From the IMG/VR virus record IMGVR_UViG_3300025407_001359: a DNA stretch of 64,000 nt. One strand, written 5' to 3'. Source of the DNA: a virus. A model generated the notes under the pieces. That model had not been told where the DNA came from, did not search any database, and was given only the letters and a program-made list of their open reading frames with translations. Both the position numbers and the translations under genes were made by a program. Every line of letters starts with the position of its first letter. Within the stretch, counting starts at the first letter, position 1. Positions 8,015 through 17,919 of this stretch are shown in pieces.

Positions 8015-8469
8015 TGGGAACTAGATCAAGTATTGCCATCAAACACGGTGAGCGAATCAAGGCCATCTACTGTCATTGGGACGGTTATCTTGAAGGTGTG
8101 GGTGCGACCTTGTCGGAACACTATTCCAGTTCACCCAAAGTAAACAATCTAATTGCTTTGGGTGATGTCAGTAGCCTGGGCGAAGAAATTGGAGTTGAAC
8201 ACGCATTCAGCACCATGAATTTGACCGACGAAGAAAAACAAGCCTACGAACTCGAACACGGACGTTCTTGTACCTTTTACGGTCGTGACCGCGGCGAAGA
8301 AGGCGTGGAGTTTCGCAGTTTTGGTTCTGAAGCCGAATGGATTGATCATTATGAAGGTGCCGGTGCTCAATATTTTTACTTGTTTGATCACGGTGTTTGG
8401 TACTATTCAACTGGCGGCGACTTGCTACCTTTACACGAACATTTAAAACAGGAGACAGCAAATGCCTAA
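8014..8469 (+). CDS. Conserved phage hypothetical protein (IYCHWDGY motif)
   Basis: TAATG coupling at 8014. Confidence 0.75.
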   Translation: MGTRSSIAIKHGERIKAIYCHWDGYLEGVGATLSEHYSSSPKVNNLIALGDVSSLGEEIGVEHAFSTMNLTDEEKQAYELEHGRSCTFYGRDRGEEGVEFRSFGSEAEWIDHYEGAGAQYFYLFDHGVWYYSTGGDLLPLHEHLKQETANA

Positions 8470-9004
8470 TTGGTGTGGAAATACCCTAACAATCACTCAC
8501 GAAAATCCTGCAATGATTAGTCGTGCCAAAGCGGCCTTTGCCGAAGGTAACTTTTTAAATGAGTTTATTCCTAACCCCGCAGGTGAGTGGGACTACGATT
8601 GGTCCGTTGCAAACTGGGGTACCAAATGGGACGTGGGCGATGGCAACGGCATCCAAACCTGGGACGATCACGAACTGGTTGTTTATTTTGATAGTGCGTG
8701 GAGCCCTCCTATTACAGCCTACGAAAAATTGATGGACCTGGGTTTTACAGTCTATGCTACCTACTATGAACCAGGCTCGGCTTTTGCTGGTATTTGGGAA
8801 GATGGTATAGACGACCATTATGACCTATCGGGTATGGATTCGGGCGATGTTGAACAGCAGTTGCCATCCGAATTAAATGACACATTTGGTATTTCGGAAA
8901 CAATGGCCGAGTACGAAGCTGAACAAGAAGATGAAGTCACAGTCTGGTACAAAGACGGGGTCGAAGCAACCGGACTTATACCACACGAGGTTCCAAAAAA
9001 ATGA
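8462..9004 (+). CDS. YubB/DUF1281-like ferredoxin-fold protein
   Basis: MPNWCGN, NWGTKWD, FDSAWSPP, YYEPGSAFAG. Confidence 0.7.
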   Translation: MPNWCGNTLTITHENPAMISRAKAAFAEGNFLNEFIPNPAGEWDYDWSVANWGTKWDVGDGNGIQTWDDHELVVYFDSAWSPPITAYEKLMDLGFTVYATYYEPGSAFAGIWEDGIDDHYDLSGMDSGDVEQQLPSELNDTFGISETMAEYEAEQEDEVTVWYKDGVEATGLIPHEVPKK

Positions 9005-9177
9005 TACTGGCTCAAATTGGGTTGTTTCTTAGTATAGGATTGGGCATTGGATTTTTTGGTGCTATGTTGGTGGCCGCCCTATTAGATTGGCGTCAGGCTC
9101 GACAGCAACGCAAGGATCAAGTGTGGACTGAATTGAAACGTACCGATTATGAACCACGTAGACCGGCAGCAAAATAA
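9001..9177 (+). CDS. Small membrane protein; not in the ORF track
   Basis: ATGA overlap; N-terminal TM helix; 58 aa. Confidence 0.55.
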   Translation: MILAQIGLFLSIGLGIGFFGAMLVAALLDWRQARQQRKDQVWTELKRTDYEPRRPAAK

Positions 9178-9180
9178 CAC

Positions 9181-9209
9181 TTGCTCAAAGAATGCCAAAA
9201 TGCTATAAT
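9181..9209 (+). promoter_or_regulatory. Sigma70-type promoter for the ligase gene
   Basis: TTGCTC-AAAGAATGCCAAAATGC-TATAAT. Confidence 0.8.
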
Positions 9210-9238
9210 AATACATTGTTTAAAATTACGGAGCCAAA

Positions 9239-10549
9239 ATGCTAAAACCCTGGGAAGTTATTCAAGAACTGGAAATAGACAACAGTCGTTTGGTCAAAGA
9301 AGCGATTGTCAAACGTGAAGCTGAAGCTGGCAACACTGATTTCTTTCGCGGTGCCCGTGCCGCATTGGATTCCATGATTACTTTTGGTATTCGACAAGTT
9401 GAAGAAAAGAAGGGTGACGGCCGAGGACTCAATCCCGACAAGTTTTGGGAAACAGCACAGGCTCTAGCCGAAAGAAAATTGACCGGCAACGACGCTGTCA
9501 ACGCAGTCAGTTATATGCGTATGAATGCACGAGAGACCGAATGGAACCTGTGGTATCGACGTATTCTTATCAAAGATCTGCGCTGTGGCGTCAGTGAAAA
9601 AACAATCAACAAAATGGTGGAGGCAGTCAATGGAGATTATGTTATACCTGTTTTTAGTTGCCAACTTGCTCACGATGGTGCTAACCACGAAAGCAAGGTC
9701 TCAGGACGCAAACTCATCGAAGTTAAGCTGGATGGAGTACGTGTTATTACTATCGTCTATCCAAGTGGGAATGTTGATCAGTATAGTCGTAATGGCAAGG
9801 AACTAGTAAACTTTGAACATATAAAACAGCAAATTGCCAAACACGCAATCTTTTTTCGAGAACCAATGGTGTTGGATGGCGAAGTGATGTCAAGCAGTTT
9901 TCAAGACCTGATGCGTCAAGTGCATCGCAAAACTGATGTGGCTGCATCTGATGCTGTGCTAAATGTGTTTGATATTTTGACACTGAAAGAATTTCAAGCC
10001 GGCATCAGTGCCAGTTCGCAACAGGATCGCAGTAACGCACTTCGTGTATGGTATGCTCCTATAGCAGATCATATGCCCAACGTCACTATCTTGGGCAACG
10101 AACTGGTGGACTTGGACACTGAAGTGGGCCAGGCACGTTTTAGCGAAATCAATGCTCAAGCAATCGCAGGTGGATACGAAGGTATCATGATCAAAGACCC
10201 AACCGCAGTTTATGAATGCAAGCGATCGGTAGCGTGGCTCAAGCAAAAGCCCTTTATTGAAGTTAGTTTAACAGTAGTAGGCACCGAAGAAGGTACTGGT
10301 AAAAACGCCGGACGTCTTGGTGCATTAATTGTAGAAGGAACAGATGATGGTAAACTTATCAGGACCAATGTGGGATCCGGACTTACAGATGATAATCGCA
10401 TTAGCTATTGGGCCAGTCGGCATAACCTTATCGGTAATATTGTGGAAGTACGTGCCGATGCTGTTACGCAAAATCAAGACGGTTCATATTCATTGAGATT
10501 CCCCCGATTCAAAGGATTCCGCGGTTTTGAACCAGGAGAAAAAATTTGA
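9239..10549 (+). CDS. lig: ATP-dependent DNA ligase
   Basis: Motif I KLDGVR, LDGEV, EGIMIK, WLKQK and an OB-fold ending SLRFPRF. Confidence 0.95.
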   Translation: MLKPWEVIQELEIDNSRLVKEAIVKREAEAGNTDFFRGARAALDSMITFGIRQVEEKKGDGRGLNPDKFWETAQALAERKLTGNDAVNAVSYMRMNARETEWNLWYRRILIKDLRCGVSEKTINKMVEAVNGDYVIPVFSCQLAHDGANHESKVSGRKLIEVKLDGVRVITIVYPSGNVDQYSRNGKELVNFEHIKQQIAKHAIFFREPMVLDGEVMSSSFQDLMRQVHRKTDVAASDAVLNVFDILTLKEFQAGISASSQQDRSNALRVWYAPIADHMPNVTILGNELVDLDTEVGQARFSEINAQAIAGGYEGIMIKDPTAVYECKRSVAWLKQKPFIEVSLTVVGTEEGTGKNAGRLGALIVEGTDDGKLIRTNVGSGLTDDNRISYWASRHNLIGNIVEVRADAVTQNQDGSYSLRFPRFKGFRGFEPGEKI

Positions 10550-10935
10550 AAAAAGAACTAGATGAACAGTTGTGTAAAAAATACCCCAAACTGTTTGCAA
10601 ATCGCAATGCCGATATGCAGACCACTGCTATGTGTTGGGGTTTTGAATGTGGCGATGGTTGGTTTGATTTGATCGACGAACTGTGTTGGAATATACAAAG
10701 CTACATTGACAACAACAGCAGACCCGACAGACAAATACCACAGGTTGTGGTAGAACAGGTCAAGGAAAAGTTTGGCACACTACGTTTTTATTACCAAGGT
10801 GGCAACGAATTGATTCACGGTATGACCTGGTTTGCTGAATCAATGTCGGGTCGTATTTGTGAACAATGTGGCCGGCCTGGAAAAGAACGTGGCGGTGGCT
10901 GGATTAGAACTGCCTGCGAGGAACACGCACAATGA
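10546..10935 (+). CDS. Conserved phage hypothetical protein (QVKEKFGTLRFY; C-terminal CxxC)
   Basis: GGAG SD; overlaps the ligase stop codon. Confidence 0.75.
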   Translation: MKKELDEQLCKKYPKLFANRNADMQTTAMCWGFECGDGWFDLIDELCWNIQSYIDNNSRPDRQIPQVVVEQVKEKFGTLRFYYQGGNELIHGMTWFAESMSGRICEQCGRPGKERGGGWIRTACEEHAQ

Positions 10936-11099
10936 GTCGTTATCACTGGATCAAAACCATTGTGGAAGATGACAACGGTGAGCTCTTGCTGGATATCAAA
11001 GAAGCCTGCGAAGAGTTGGGATGGCAACCGGGCGATACAATTGAATGGATTGACAACAAAGACGGTACTTGGACACTACGGAAAAAGGAAACAAAATGA
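10932..11099 (+). CDS. AbrB/MazE-like small protein; not in the ORF track
   Basis: MSRYHW...LGWQPGDTIEWIDNKDGTWTLRK; 55 aa. Confidence 0.6.
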   Translation: MSRYHWIKTIVEDDNGELLLDIKEACEELGWQPGDTIEWIDNKDGTWTLRKKETK

Positions 11100-11404
11100 C
11101 ATTACATATTACTTACGAAAACGCCACCCTAGAAGATCTAGATCTAGATGATCGCAACCGCGAACTTAGAAACTTGCTGAGCAAACACGACTGTGAAGTT
11201 ACATTCACCAAAGTCAATGGCGAGTTGCGTACCATGCCTTGTACCTTGCGTACCGAAGCAATGCCGGCTCGTGTGGTCACAGAAGAATACCAAACCACTC
11301 GGTTGTACAAGCCAGAAACCTTGAGTGTGTGGTGCTTGGACAAAAGCGAATGGCGAGCTTTCAAAGTGGCCAACGTGAAGGAAATCCGTGTCATTGGATC
11401 GTGA
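11096..11404 (+). CDS. WYL-like/Sm-SH3-fold phage protein
   Basis: VTFTKVNGELRTMPCTL...WCLDKSEWRAFK. Confidence 0.7.
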   Translation: MTLHITYENATLEDLDLDDRNRELRNLLSKHDCEVTFTKVNGELRTMPCTLRTEAMPARVVTEEYQTTRLYKPETLSVWCLDKSEWRAFKVANVKEIRVIGS

Positions 11405-11801
11405 TCTAGTAGAGGACTTGTGGCAGTCCAAGGAGTTCTTGCACAAGATTAAAACTCGCGATGACTATGCTCAAAATGTCTACGCGGCCTTGTGCAATAT
11501 GCGTTGGCAACCTGCCGACGTGTTTCCTATACTCAAGGATGAGTATTGGACGTGTAGCTGGCGTAGTGCCGGTGGTATTGTGGCAGACTTTCGTCGTTCG
11601 GTTGCCACAGAAGATTATATGGATTGGTACTGCTCGGGTATAGGCGGCCTAGGTGGTTTTGATTTGGATGACGAACACAAATCCCAGGCCGAATTTGTTG
11701 CTAAAAAATATGTACCAGAAGGAACTGTAACCGATGAAATACGTGAGGATTTTGCGGCTCTGGGTTGGACTCCGAGTGAATGGCCTGATGACAAGGATTA
11801 A
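11388..11801 (+). CDS. Hypothetical protein, paralog of 13265-13633
   Basis: YAQNVYAALCN, SWRSAGG, DWYCSG. Confidence 0.75.
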   Translation: MSLDRDLVEDLWQSKEFLHKIKTRDDYAQNVYAALCNMRWQPADVFPILKDEYWTCSWRSAGGIVADFRRSVATEDYMDWYCSGIGGLGGFDLDDEHKSQAEFVAKKYVPEGTVTDEIREDFAALGWTPSEWPDDKD

Positions 11802-11805
11802 AAGT

Positions 11806-12042
11806 ATGTTGACACGCGATGTTGAAAAAATGATTATGGGTAGTATCAAAGAGATCTTGAAAGATCGACAGTATTTTTATTACTCAACTGTGGGACCGGA
11901 CTATTGTCATTTGACCGAAGAAGGCAAAGATGCTATAATAGACATAGTCAACATTTTAGGTTCTAGAATGTTAGTGGCAATTGAAAAAGAAGATATTGAA
12001 CGCAGTAAACAACTGGTGTTGGACCAACTTAAAGGAAAATGA
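11806..12042 (+). CDS. Hypothetical protein
   Basis: ORF fills the gap; start codon uncertain (11806 or 11833). Confidence 0.6.
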   Translation: MLTRDVEKMIMGSIKEILKDRQYFYYSTVGPDYCHLTEEGKDAIIDIVNILGSRMLVAIEKEDIERSKQLVLDQLKGK

Positions 12043-12043
12043 A

Positions 12044-12220
12044 ATGACTTGCAGAGGATATGACCCAAAAGCAGTAAAGGTATCAAAAAGTGTCAAGCGT
12101 TTGGCCGCTACCATTACTGATAACCAGCAACGCAGAGCATTGGTTAAAAGTTACGCTGTGGCTATTGCAGCCAATGCTCGTGCCGGTGCTCGCAGATCTG
12201 GCCCAGGCAAAGACGAATAA
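12044..12220 (+). CDS. Small basic hypothetical protein
   Basis: AAGGA SD; ATG at 12044. Confidence 0.6.
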   Translation: MTCRGYDPKAVKVSKSVKRLAATITDNQQRRALVKSYAVAIAANARAGARRSGPGKDE

Positions 12221-12831
12221 TGGGTAGAATATTTGAACGTGCTGAACAGTATTTGGATCAACTCGATCCAGGTGTGTTTGTGGAAATTGGCACCAGCCGC
12301 GGTGGTGATGACGGTAGCACACGCAAAATAGCTGTGTGGGCCGAACAGCTAGATACCTATCTAACCACGGTGGATATGGATCCATTGAATTGTTCCTTTG
12401 TTGAGCGTATGCAAACTCCCAGAACCACCATTGTCAACAGCACCGGTGAAGACTATCTAAACAAACGAACATTTGCCGAACGTCCCATTAGTTTTTTGTA
12501 CTTGGACAACTTTGATTGGGATTGGCACCCAGACAATACCGAAGATTTTGTTTTGGAACAACAAAAACGCTATGCTAATTTTGGTATTACCATGAACAAC
12601 GTAAACAGCCAACGTGCCCATTTGGCTCAGGCCATTGCAGCCTTGGGACATATGACTGCTCGCAGTTTAATTGTGTGTGATGACACTTGGTTCAATCCTT
12701 GGCACGGTCATTACAGTGGAAAATCAGGTGCGGTTGTGCCATATCTACTGAATCACGGCTACGAAGTGTTGGATACTGAAGAACGACCAGTTTATGGAAC
12801 TATTTTGGGCAGAGGAATAGTAAAAAAGTAA
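12220..12831 (+). CDS. Class I SAM-dependent methyltransferase
   Basis: VFVEIGTSRG, FLYLD, IVCDD. Confidence 0.7.
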   Translation: MGRIFERAEQYLDQLDPGVFVEIGTSRGGDDGSTRKIAVWAEQLDTYLTTVDMDPLNCSFVERMQTPRTTIVNSTGEDYLNKRTFAERPISFLYLDNFDWDWHPDNTEDFVLEQQKRYANFGITMNNVNSQRAHLAQAIAALGHMTARSLIVCDDTWFNPWHGHYSGKSGAVVPYLLNHGYEVLDTEERPVYGTILGRGIVKK

Positions 12832-12926
12832 CGGTTTGGTAAAATTAGCTATTGCATTGTACACAAGAATAGTGCATAATACACAAATGCTGTTACTAAC
12901 AGCTCTTATTTAAAAGGAAATCTAAA

Positions 12927-13196
12927 ATGTTTGATCTTTCAACAAAACAAGGTAAGTTATTTAACGCATTAGTTCTCAATGGTGAGACTTTGACTGCTAG
13001 CCAAATTAGCAAGCGTTTTGGTATCAAGAATCCAACTGCTACTGTTAGCGACATTCGTTACAGTGGTTTTGCTATCTACGCTAACAAGCGTAAAGCTGGC
13101 AACGGTGTTAAGGTTACTGAATACAAACACGGTAAGGCTTCACGTCGTATCGTTTCAGCTGGTTACAAGGCTATCGCAGCTGGTTTAGTAGATTAA
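12927..13196 (+). CDS. Winged HTH DNA-binding protein
   Basis: LTASQISKRFGIKNPTATVSDIR; own promoter TTGCAT-17-CATAAT at 12852-12880. Confidence 0.7.
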   Translation: MFDLSTKQGKLFNALVLNGETLTASQISKRFGIKNPTATVSDIRYSGFAIYANKRKAGNGVKVTEYKHGKASRRIVSAGYKAIAAGLVD

Positions 13197-13219
13197 TAGT
13201 CAACTAAACTGATGTGTTC

Positions 13220-13247
13220 AAACCCGCTTCGGCGGGTTTTTTCTTTT
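13220..13247 (+). terminator. Intrinsic terminator
   Basis: AAACCCGC-TTCG-GCGGGTTTTTT. Confidence 0.9.
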
Positions 13248-13264
13248 GCGTCATATATAATTAT

Positions 13265-13633
13265 ATGGGCCGCAAAGTTTTTAATCTTGAGCGTGATATC
13301 CGTAGTACCGATTGGATCATATCCAAAGTACGACACAAAGAAATCTACGCCCAAAATTTGTACGCAGCCTTGTGCAACAATTCCTACATACCCCAAGACG
13401 TTTGGGGAATTCTAACCAACATTACCTGGGACTGTAATTGGCGTTACGCAGCCGATTTGGTAGCCGATCTCAGACAAGACGACAGTTATATTGACTGGTA
13501 CTGCTCAGGTACCGGATTCATTGGCACTGATTTCAGTGGATTTGTTGAAGAAAGTTTTGTCACTGACGAAATAGAATCGGATATCAAAAGCATCGGCTGG
13601 TTGCTAAAAACTCGCAGATTTGTCGAAATCTAA
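13265..13633 (+). CDS. Hypothetical protein, paralog of 11388-11801
   Basis: YAQNLYAALCN, DWYCSG; true start is likely 13265 because the longer ORF crosses the terminator. Confidence 0.75.
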   Translation: MGRKVFNLERDIRSTDWIISKVRHKEIYAQNLYAALCNNSYIPQDVWGILTNITWDCNWRYAADLVADLRQDDSYIDWYCSGTGFIGTDFSGFVEESFVTDEIESDIKSIGWLLKTRRFVEI

Positions 13634-13668
13634 TAGACCAAAAATACTCAATATGTTATAATTACACT

Positions 13669-14502
13669 ATGAAAATAAATGTAATATCTGACCTCCACCT
13701 AGAATTCAGCGACCTTACACTACCCGGCGGTGATGTGTTGATCCTCAGCGGCGACGTTATGGAAGCTCGAAAATTCAAACGCAATCAGTACGATCCAATG
13801 AACGTACTGTTACCACACGAAGATGCTCACAAGCGTCCAGACCGACACTATCGTTTTATTATCGAAGAGTGCTCGGCCAAATACCGTGAAGTTATTTACG
13901 TTATGGGCAATCACGAGCACTACGGTTTCCAGTTTCAAAAGACCTGGGCACATATCAATAGTCAATTGCCTGACAACGTACACCTGTTGGAACGTGAAAC
14001 CTTGACCATTGATGATGTGACTTTCGTTGGGTGTACTCTATGGACAGATATGAACCGAGAAGATCAACTTACTATGTATCATATGCGGTCAATGATGAAC
14101 GATTACAAACAGATTACCATGTTCAACGAAGCCAAAAACATTTATCACAGACTTACTCCCGAGCGTACTGTGGAAGAGTTTTATAAGAGCCGCGACTATA
14201 TCAAGTTGGTTGTAGAAGGCAAACCGGATCAGAAGTTTGTGGTGGTAACACATCATTCGCCTTGCAAGGCCAGTACCCATCCGCGTTACATTCACGATAC
14301 CTTGATGAATGGTGCTTACAGCAGTGACTTGTCGGAATTTATTCTAGACCATCCGCAGATTCGGGTGTGGACTCACGGCCATACACACGATCCGTTTGAC
14401 TATCAGGTAGGTGAAACCAGAGTCATCTGCAACCCACGCGGCTACAAAGGCTACGAACAACGTGCTGAAGATTTTGATCCCACATACGGATTTGAAATTT
14501 AA
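13669..14502 (+). CDS. Calcineurin-like metallophosphoesterase
   Basis: SDLH, GD, GNHE, HH, HGHTH motifs; promoter TAGACC-17-TATAAT at 13634-13662. Confidence 0.92.
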   Translation: MKINVISDLHLEFSDLTLPGGDVLILSGDVMEARKFKRNQYDPMNVLLPHEDAHKRPDRHYRFIIEECSAKYREVIYVMGNHEHYGFQFQKTWAHINSQLPDNVHLLERETLTIDDVTFVGCTLWTDMNREDQLTMYHMRSMMNDYKQITMFNEAKNIYHRLTPERTVEEFYKSRDYIKLVVEGKPDQKFVVVTHHSPCKASTHPRYIHDTLMNGAYSSDLSEFILDHPQIRVWTHGHTHDPFDYQVGETRVICNPRGYKGYEQRAEDFDPTYGFEI

Positions 14503-14623
14503 TTTTACCAAAAGACTAGACAAATCCTTTCTATGCGTATATAATTGATACTAATAGAGCATAAGTAAAAGTATATGATTGCTCTAATATAGTAGTCTAA
14601 CTAAATGCTCTAAAGGATAAGCG

Positions 14624-14980
14624 ATGGCTGGTGTTTTTCAATGTTTGAACTGTGGTAGAGATAACCCTGTGCGTGGTGCAAATTATTCCAACAAATATTG
14701 TAATAATTTTTGTCAACAACAGCACAGGAAAACTCTCTTAGCGGAAAAGCGTATTGCGGAATGGCGGTCAGGTTGCGGACTATATGTTTGGAAAGAAGTT
14801 CCAGACTATATCCAAGACTTCTTGATCCAAGAGCGTGGACACCGGTGCGAAACCTGTGGTATTACAGAATGGCAAGGCCAACCTGCTCCACTTACTGTAA
14901 CGCAACGAGACAGTGACACTTATAACAATCAAGAATCAAACTTAGAAGTGACGTGCTATAACTGCAAGTCGCAAAAATAA
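14624..14980 (+). CDS. HNH-like zinc-binding protein with degenerate catalytic residues
   Basis: CxxC motifs; LTVTQRDSDTYNNQESNLEVTCYNCKSQ aligns with the HNH core but lacks the His residues. Confidence 0.65.
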   Translation: MAGVFQCLNCGRDNPVRGANYSNKYCNNFCQQQHRKTLLAEKRIAEWRSGCGLYVWKEVPDYIQDFLIQERGHRCETCGITEWQGQPAPLTVTQRDSDTYNNQESNLEVTCYNCKSQK

Positions 14981-15007
14981 TTTCATTTTAACCAAGGAGA
15001 ATTTCAA

Positions 15008-15547
15008 ATGAAAACAATCGGTGATAAATTAGAACACTTTGTAGTAACAGGTGTCAAGCCAGGACAGCCAGAAGATGCTTTTTTCAACATTGATGAAACC
15101 AGCTTTGAAGGCAAATGGAAAGTGATCGTATTCTACCCTAAGGACTTTACATTTGTATGTCCTACAGAAATTGTAGCTTACGACAAACTAAATCAAGACT
15201 TTGAAGACCGTGATGCAGTATTGCTAACAGGTAGCACAGACAATGAGTTCTGCAAACTAGCCTGGCAAAATGCACACGCAGATTTGAAGAAAATTACACA
15301 CAATCAATTTGCTGATACACAGCGTGGTGAGTTGAGCTTGGCAGAACAGTTGGGTGTATTTTATGCTCCAGCTGGTGCGGCTCTACGTGCTACATTTATT
15401 GTAGACCCAAGTAACACAATCCAACACGTTACAGTAAACAACTTGGACGTGGGTCGTAGCCCAGAAGAAACTCTACGTATTTTAGATGCTCTTCAAACTG
15501 GCGAACTATGTGCTTGTAATCGTACAGTGGGTGGGGAGACACTATAA
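15008..15547 (+). CDS. ahpC: Peroxiredoxin AhpC
   Basis: FYPKDFTFVCPTE; resolving Cys in LCACN. Confidence 0.95.
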   Translation: MKTIGDKLEHFVVTGVKPGQPEDAFFNIDETSFEGKWKVIVFYPKDFTFVCPTEIVAYDKLNQDFEDRDAVLLTGSTDNEFCKLAWQNAHADLKKITHNQFADTQRGELSLAEQLGVFYAPAGAALRATFIVDPSNTIQHVTVNNLDVGRSPEETLRILDALQTGELCACNRTVGGETL

Positions 15548-16053
15548 TGAGTTTCATTGAGCAAGTCAAAGGTGCCTTGCCAGACTACGCAAAGGATGCC
15601 AAGTTGAATCTTGATGCGGTACTCCTACGCAGTACATTAGACGCTGATGTGGCTATGGGCTGTGCAGTAGCCGCACTGGCCGCAACAGGCAATGGTAAAC
15701 TAGTTAGTTTAATCCTAGCAGATGCTCCAGCATTGGCAGAACCTGCAATGACAGCCGCAAGTATCATGGCACAAAACAACGTTTGGTACCCCTACGTTGA
15801 AATGGCCGATGACCCAAGCCTATCCGGCTTGCCAGCTCAATTGCGTATGAATGCTATTGCTAGTCACGGCGGAACAACTAAAAGCAACTTTGAAGCATTT
15901 AGTTTGGCTGCAAGCATTGTTGGCAAATGCCACTTTTGCGTAAAAGCACACTACGAAACACTCAAGCAAGAAGGCTACACAGTAGAAAACTTGCGCGATA
16001 TCGGTCGTATTGCCGCAGTGATGAATTCAGTAGCCAAAGTTTTGAACAGCTGA
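15547..16053 (+). CDS. ahpD: Alkylhydroperoxidase AhpD
   Basis: GKCHFCVKAH; coupled to ahpC by a TAATG overlap. Confidence 0.92.
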   Translation: MSFIEQVKGALPDYAKDAKLNLDAVLLRSTLDADVAMGCAVAALAATGNGKLVSLILADAPALAEPAMTAASIMAQNNVWYPYVEMADDPSLSGLPAQLRMNAIASHGGTTKSNFEAFSLAASIVGKCHFCVKAHYETLKQEGYTVENLRDIGRIAAVMNSVAKVLNS

Positions 16054-16105
16054 TATTTGACATTGGTATAGAAAGTCCTTATACTAAACCGTATAAGGAT
16101 TTTTT

Positions 16106-16459
16106 ATGGCCCATTTTCCAACAGCAAAACCCACCCACAACTACGCAAACGTGACCATTCCAAATGGTGGCAACGTGTTAAGCAGTCACGCAGTCAATAC
16201 CACCTTGTCGGCTGCCTGGAGCAGTAGCATAAACAGTGGCAAGGTCAAGATATCCGATTCTGATATCGAAATTGATGGCCTAAGTCTCAAGAAGACCTTA
16301 GAGGCTGTGAGCCAACGCTTGGCCATCATGGTACCCAATCCTGAGCTGGAACGGGAATTTGAAGAACTCCGAGCCTGTGGTGATCGTTACAGAGAACTTG
16401 AACGAGAATTTGCCGAACAACTCAAAATGTGGAATACACTCAAAAGCACTGACAAATAA
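16106..16459 (+). CDS. Hypothetical protein
   Basis: Promoter TTGACA-17-TATACT at 16057-16085; AAGGA SD. Confidence 0.7.
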   Translation: MAHFPTAKPTHNYANVTIPNGGNVLSSHAVNTTLSAAWSSSINSGKVKISDSDIEIDGLSLKKTLEAVSQRLAIMVPNPELEREFEELRACGDRYRELEREFAEQLKMWNTLKSTDK

Positions 16460-16482
16460 AGGTCAATATGCTATAATAGCAT

Positions 16483-17659
16483 ATGGACTCTAAATCGAAT
16501 TGCGTAGTACTAAACACAACTAATTTAACCCCAACTCAGATCGATCGAATAATACACTGGTGCAACCGCCAGTTTGATTCGGACAAATGGAATTTTGTAA
16601 CAGACTTCCCCAGTTACTATTGGAGATTCTATTTGCCCGATGCACACGCAGAAACACTATTTAGATTGAGGTGGATGAATTGACTGTAACTATACGTGTA
16701 CCTTGGACTGATCCTTACAATCACGGTGATGCCTGGAATGAACTCCTGGCCTGGACTGTGGAAACTTATGGCTTGCCTGGCGAACGAGTAAGTTTTAGTC
16801 CCACTGAACGATGGATGGATTTTACATTCGATGATGAACAGGATGCACTTATGTTTCAGTTAAAGACTGGTGGGCATCGACGCACCAAACAAGAATATAC
16901 TGTGGAATTTGTAAACAGAATAATCAATGGGTAGAGGAACCTTGGTCAAAGAAATACGTATGGGCGATGTAGAAGACCCGTACTTGTATGCGGCCTTTCC
17001 TTTGCACGAGTGGGAACAGACCGAAGAATGCCAGTGGCTCAGAAGTCAGCTAAACGAAGGTGATGAACTGGTATTCTTTTGCGATAATGATCCTGCCAAT
17101 TGGGGTTTTGTTATTAGAATATATGCTCCACTCACAGGCAAGGCTCTTACTTACTATAATTTAAAGTATCTAGGTATTCAAGAATGATCAATTACTACTA
17201 CGAGCTGATTGACGGAGTGAAAGCGTTTGGGCACAACATCCGTTACATTGGTGACTTTGATGTCAAGCCCGAGGGTATGCACACAAAGTTTCACACTACC
17301 GCCTACAATCACAGTACACGTTGGTGGTTGGAAAATGCCAATGGTGTTACTATGCTACGACGTCGTGCAACTGATTATACCAGCTGGGAAGAAGCACGTT
17401 TTGACGAACGAGAGTTCACCTGGATCAAACTACAAACCAGAGATGTCAAAACCCTGTGAAAAATAGATTTATACCTGCCCGTAGTCCTATAGATCATGAT
17501 TACCTGCTGATCATTGAGGATTATGCTTGGTGGCACATAAACCAAACAGAGATTGATCAATGGATCGAAGCCAGCAATGGTGCTGTAACGCAAAAAGGTA
17601 TGGTTGTACATTTTGATACCGACGAAGATCGTACCATGTTTATGTTGAGGTGGGCATAA
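16483..17659 (+). CDS. Five coupled small ORFs of an F.L(K/R)W-terminal family (16483-16683, 16671-16934, 16927-17187, 17184-17459, 17456-17659)
   Basis: Overlapping start/stop codons; shared C-terminal motif. Confidence 0.65.
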
Positions 17660-17919
17660 TGGCTGCAGTAATGCCAAGGATGCAACCGGCTTTCAAAGTG
17701 GCCGCCAGTTCAAGACGCCGAGCCGGCAAACCTGTGATTGTGGATGAGCCGATTCCTACCAATCCTTGGGAACCGTATAGACTAAAGATATTTCCCAAGC
17801 AAATCAACGAACGTTGGTACAAGCCCGGCGACTTGGTCTATCGTAGATTTGTACACAGCCCGGGTGGCGGATATTGGCAGTATGGTGATGATTTTGACTA
17901 TTTGAAGTGGCAGCCGTGA
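17659..17919 (+). CDS. Hypothetical protein
   Basis: ATG at 17659 coupled to the upstream TAA. Confidence 0.6.
   Translation: MAAVMPRMQPAFKVAASSRRRAGKPVIVDEPIPTNPWEPYRLKIFPKQINERWYKPGDLVYRRFVHSPGGGYWQYGDDFDYLKWQP

Noticed and set aside
13214-13264. N-terminal extension of the 13214 ORF; likewise the track starts at 6978, 7278, 23641, 48081 and 49285
   Set aside because: These extensions run through terminators, promoters or upstream genes; downstream ATGs fit better.
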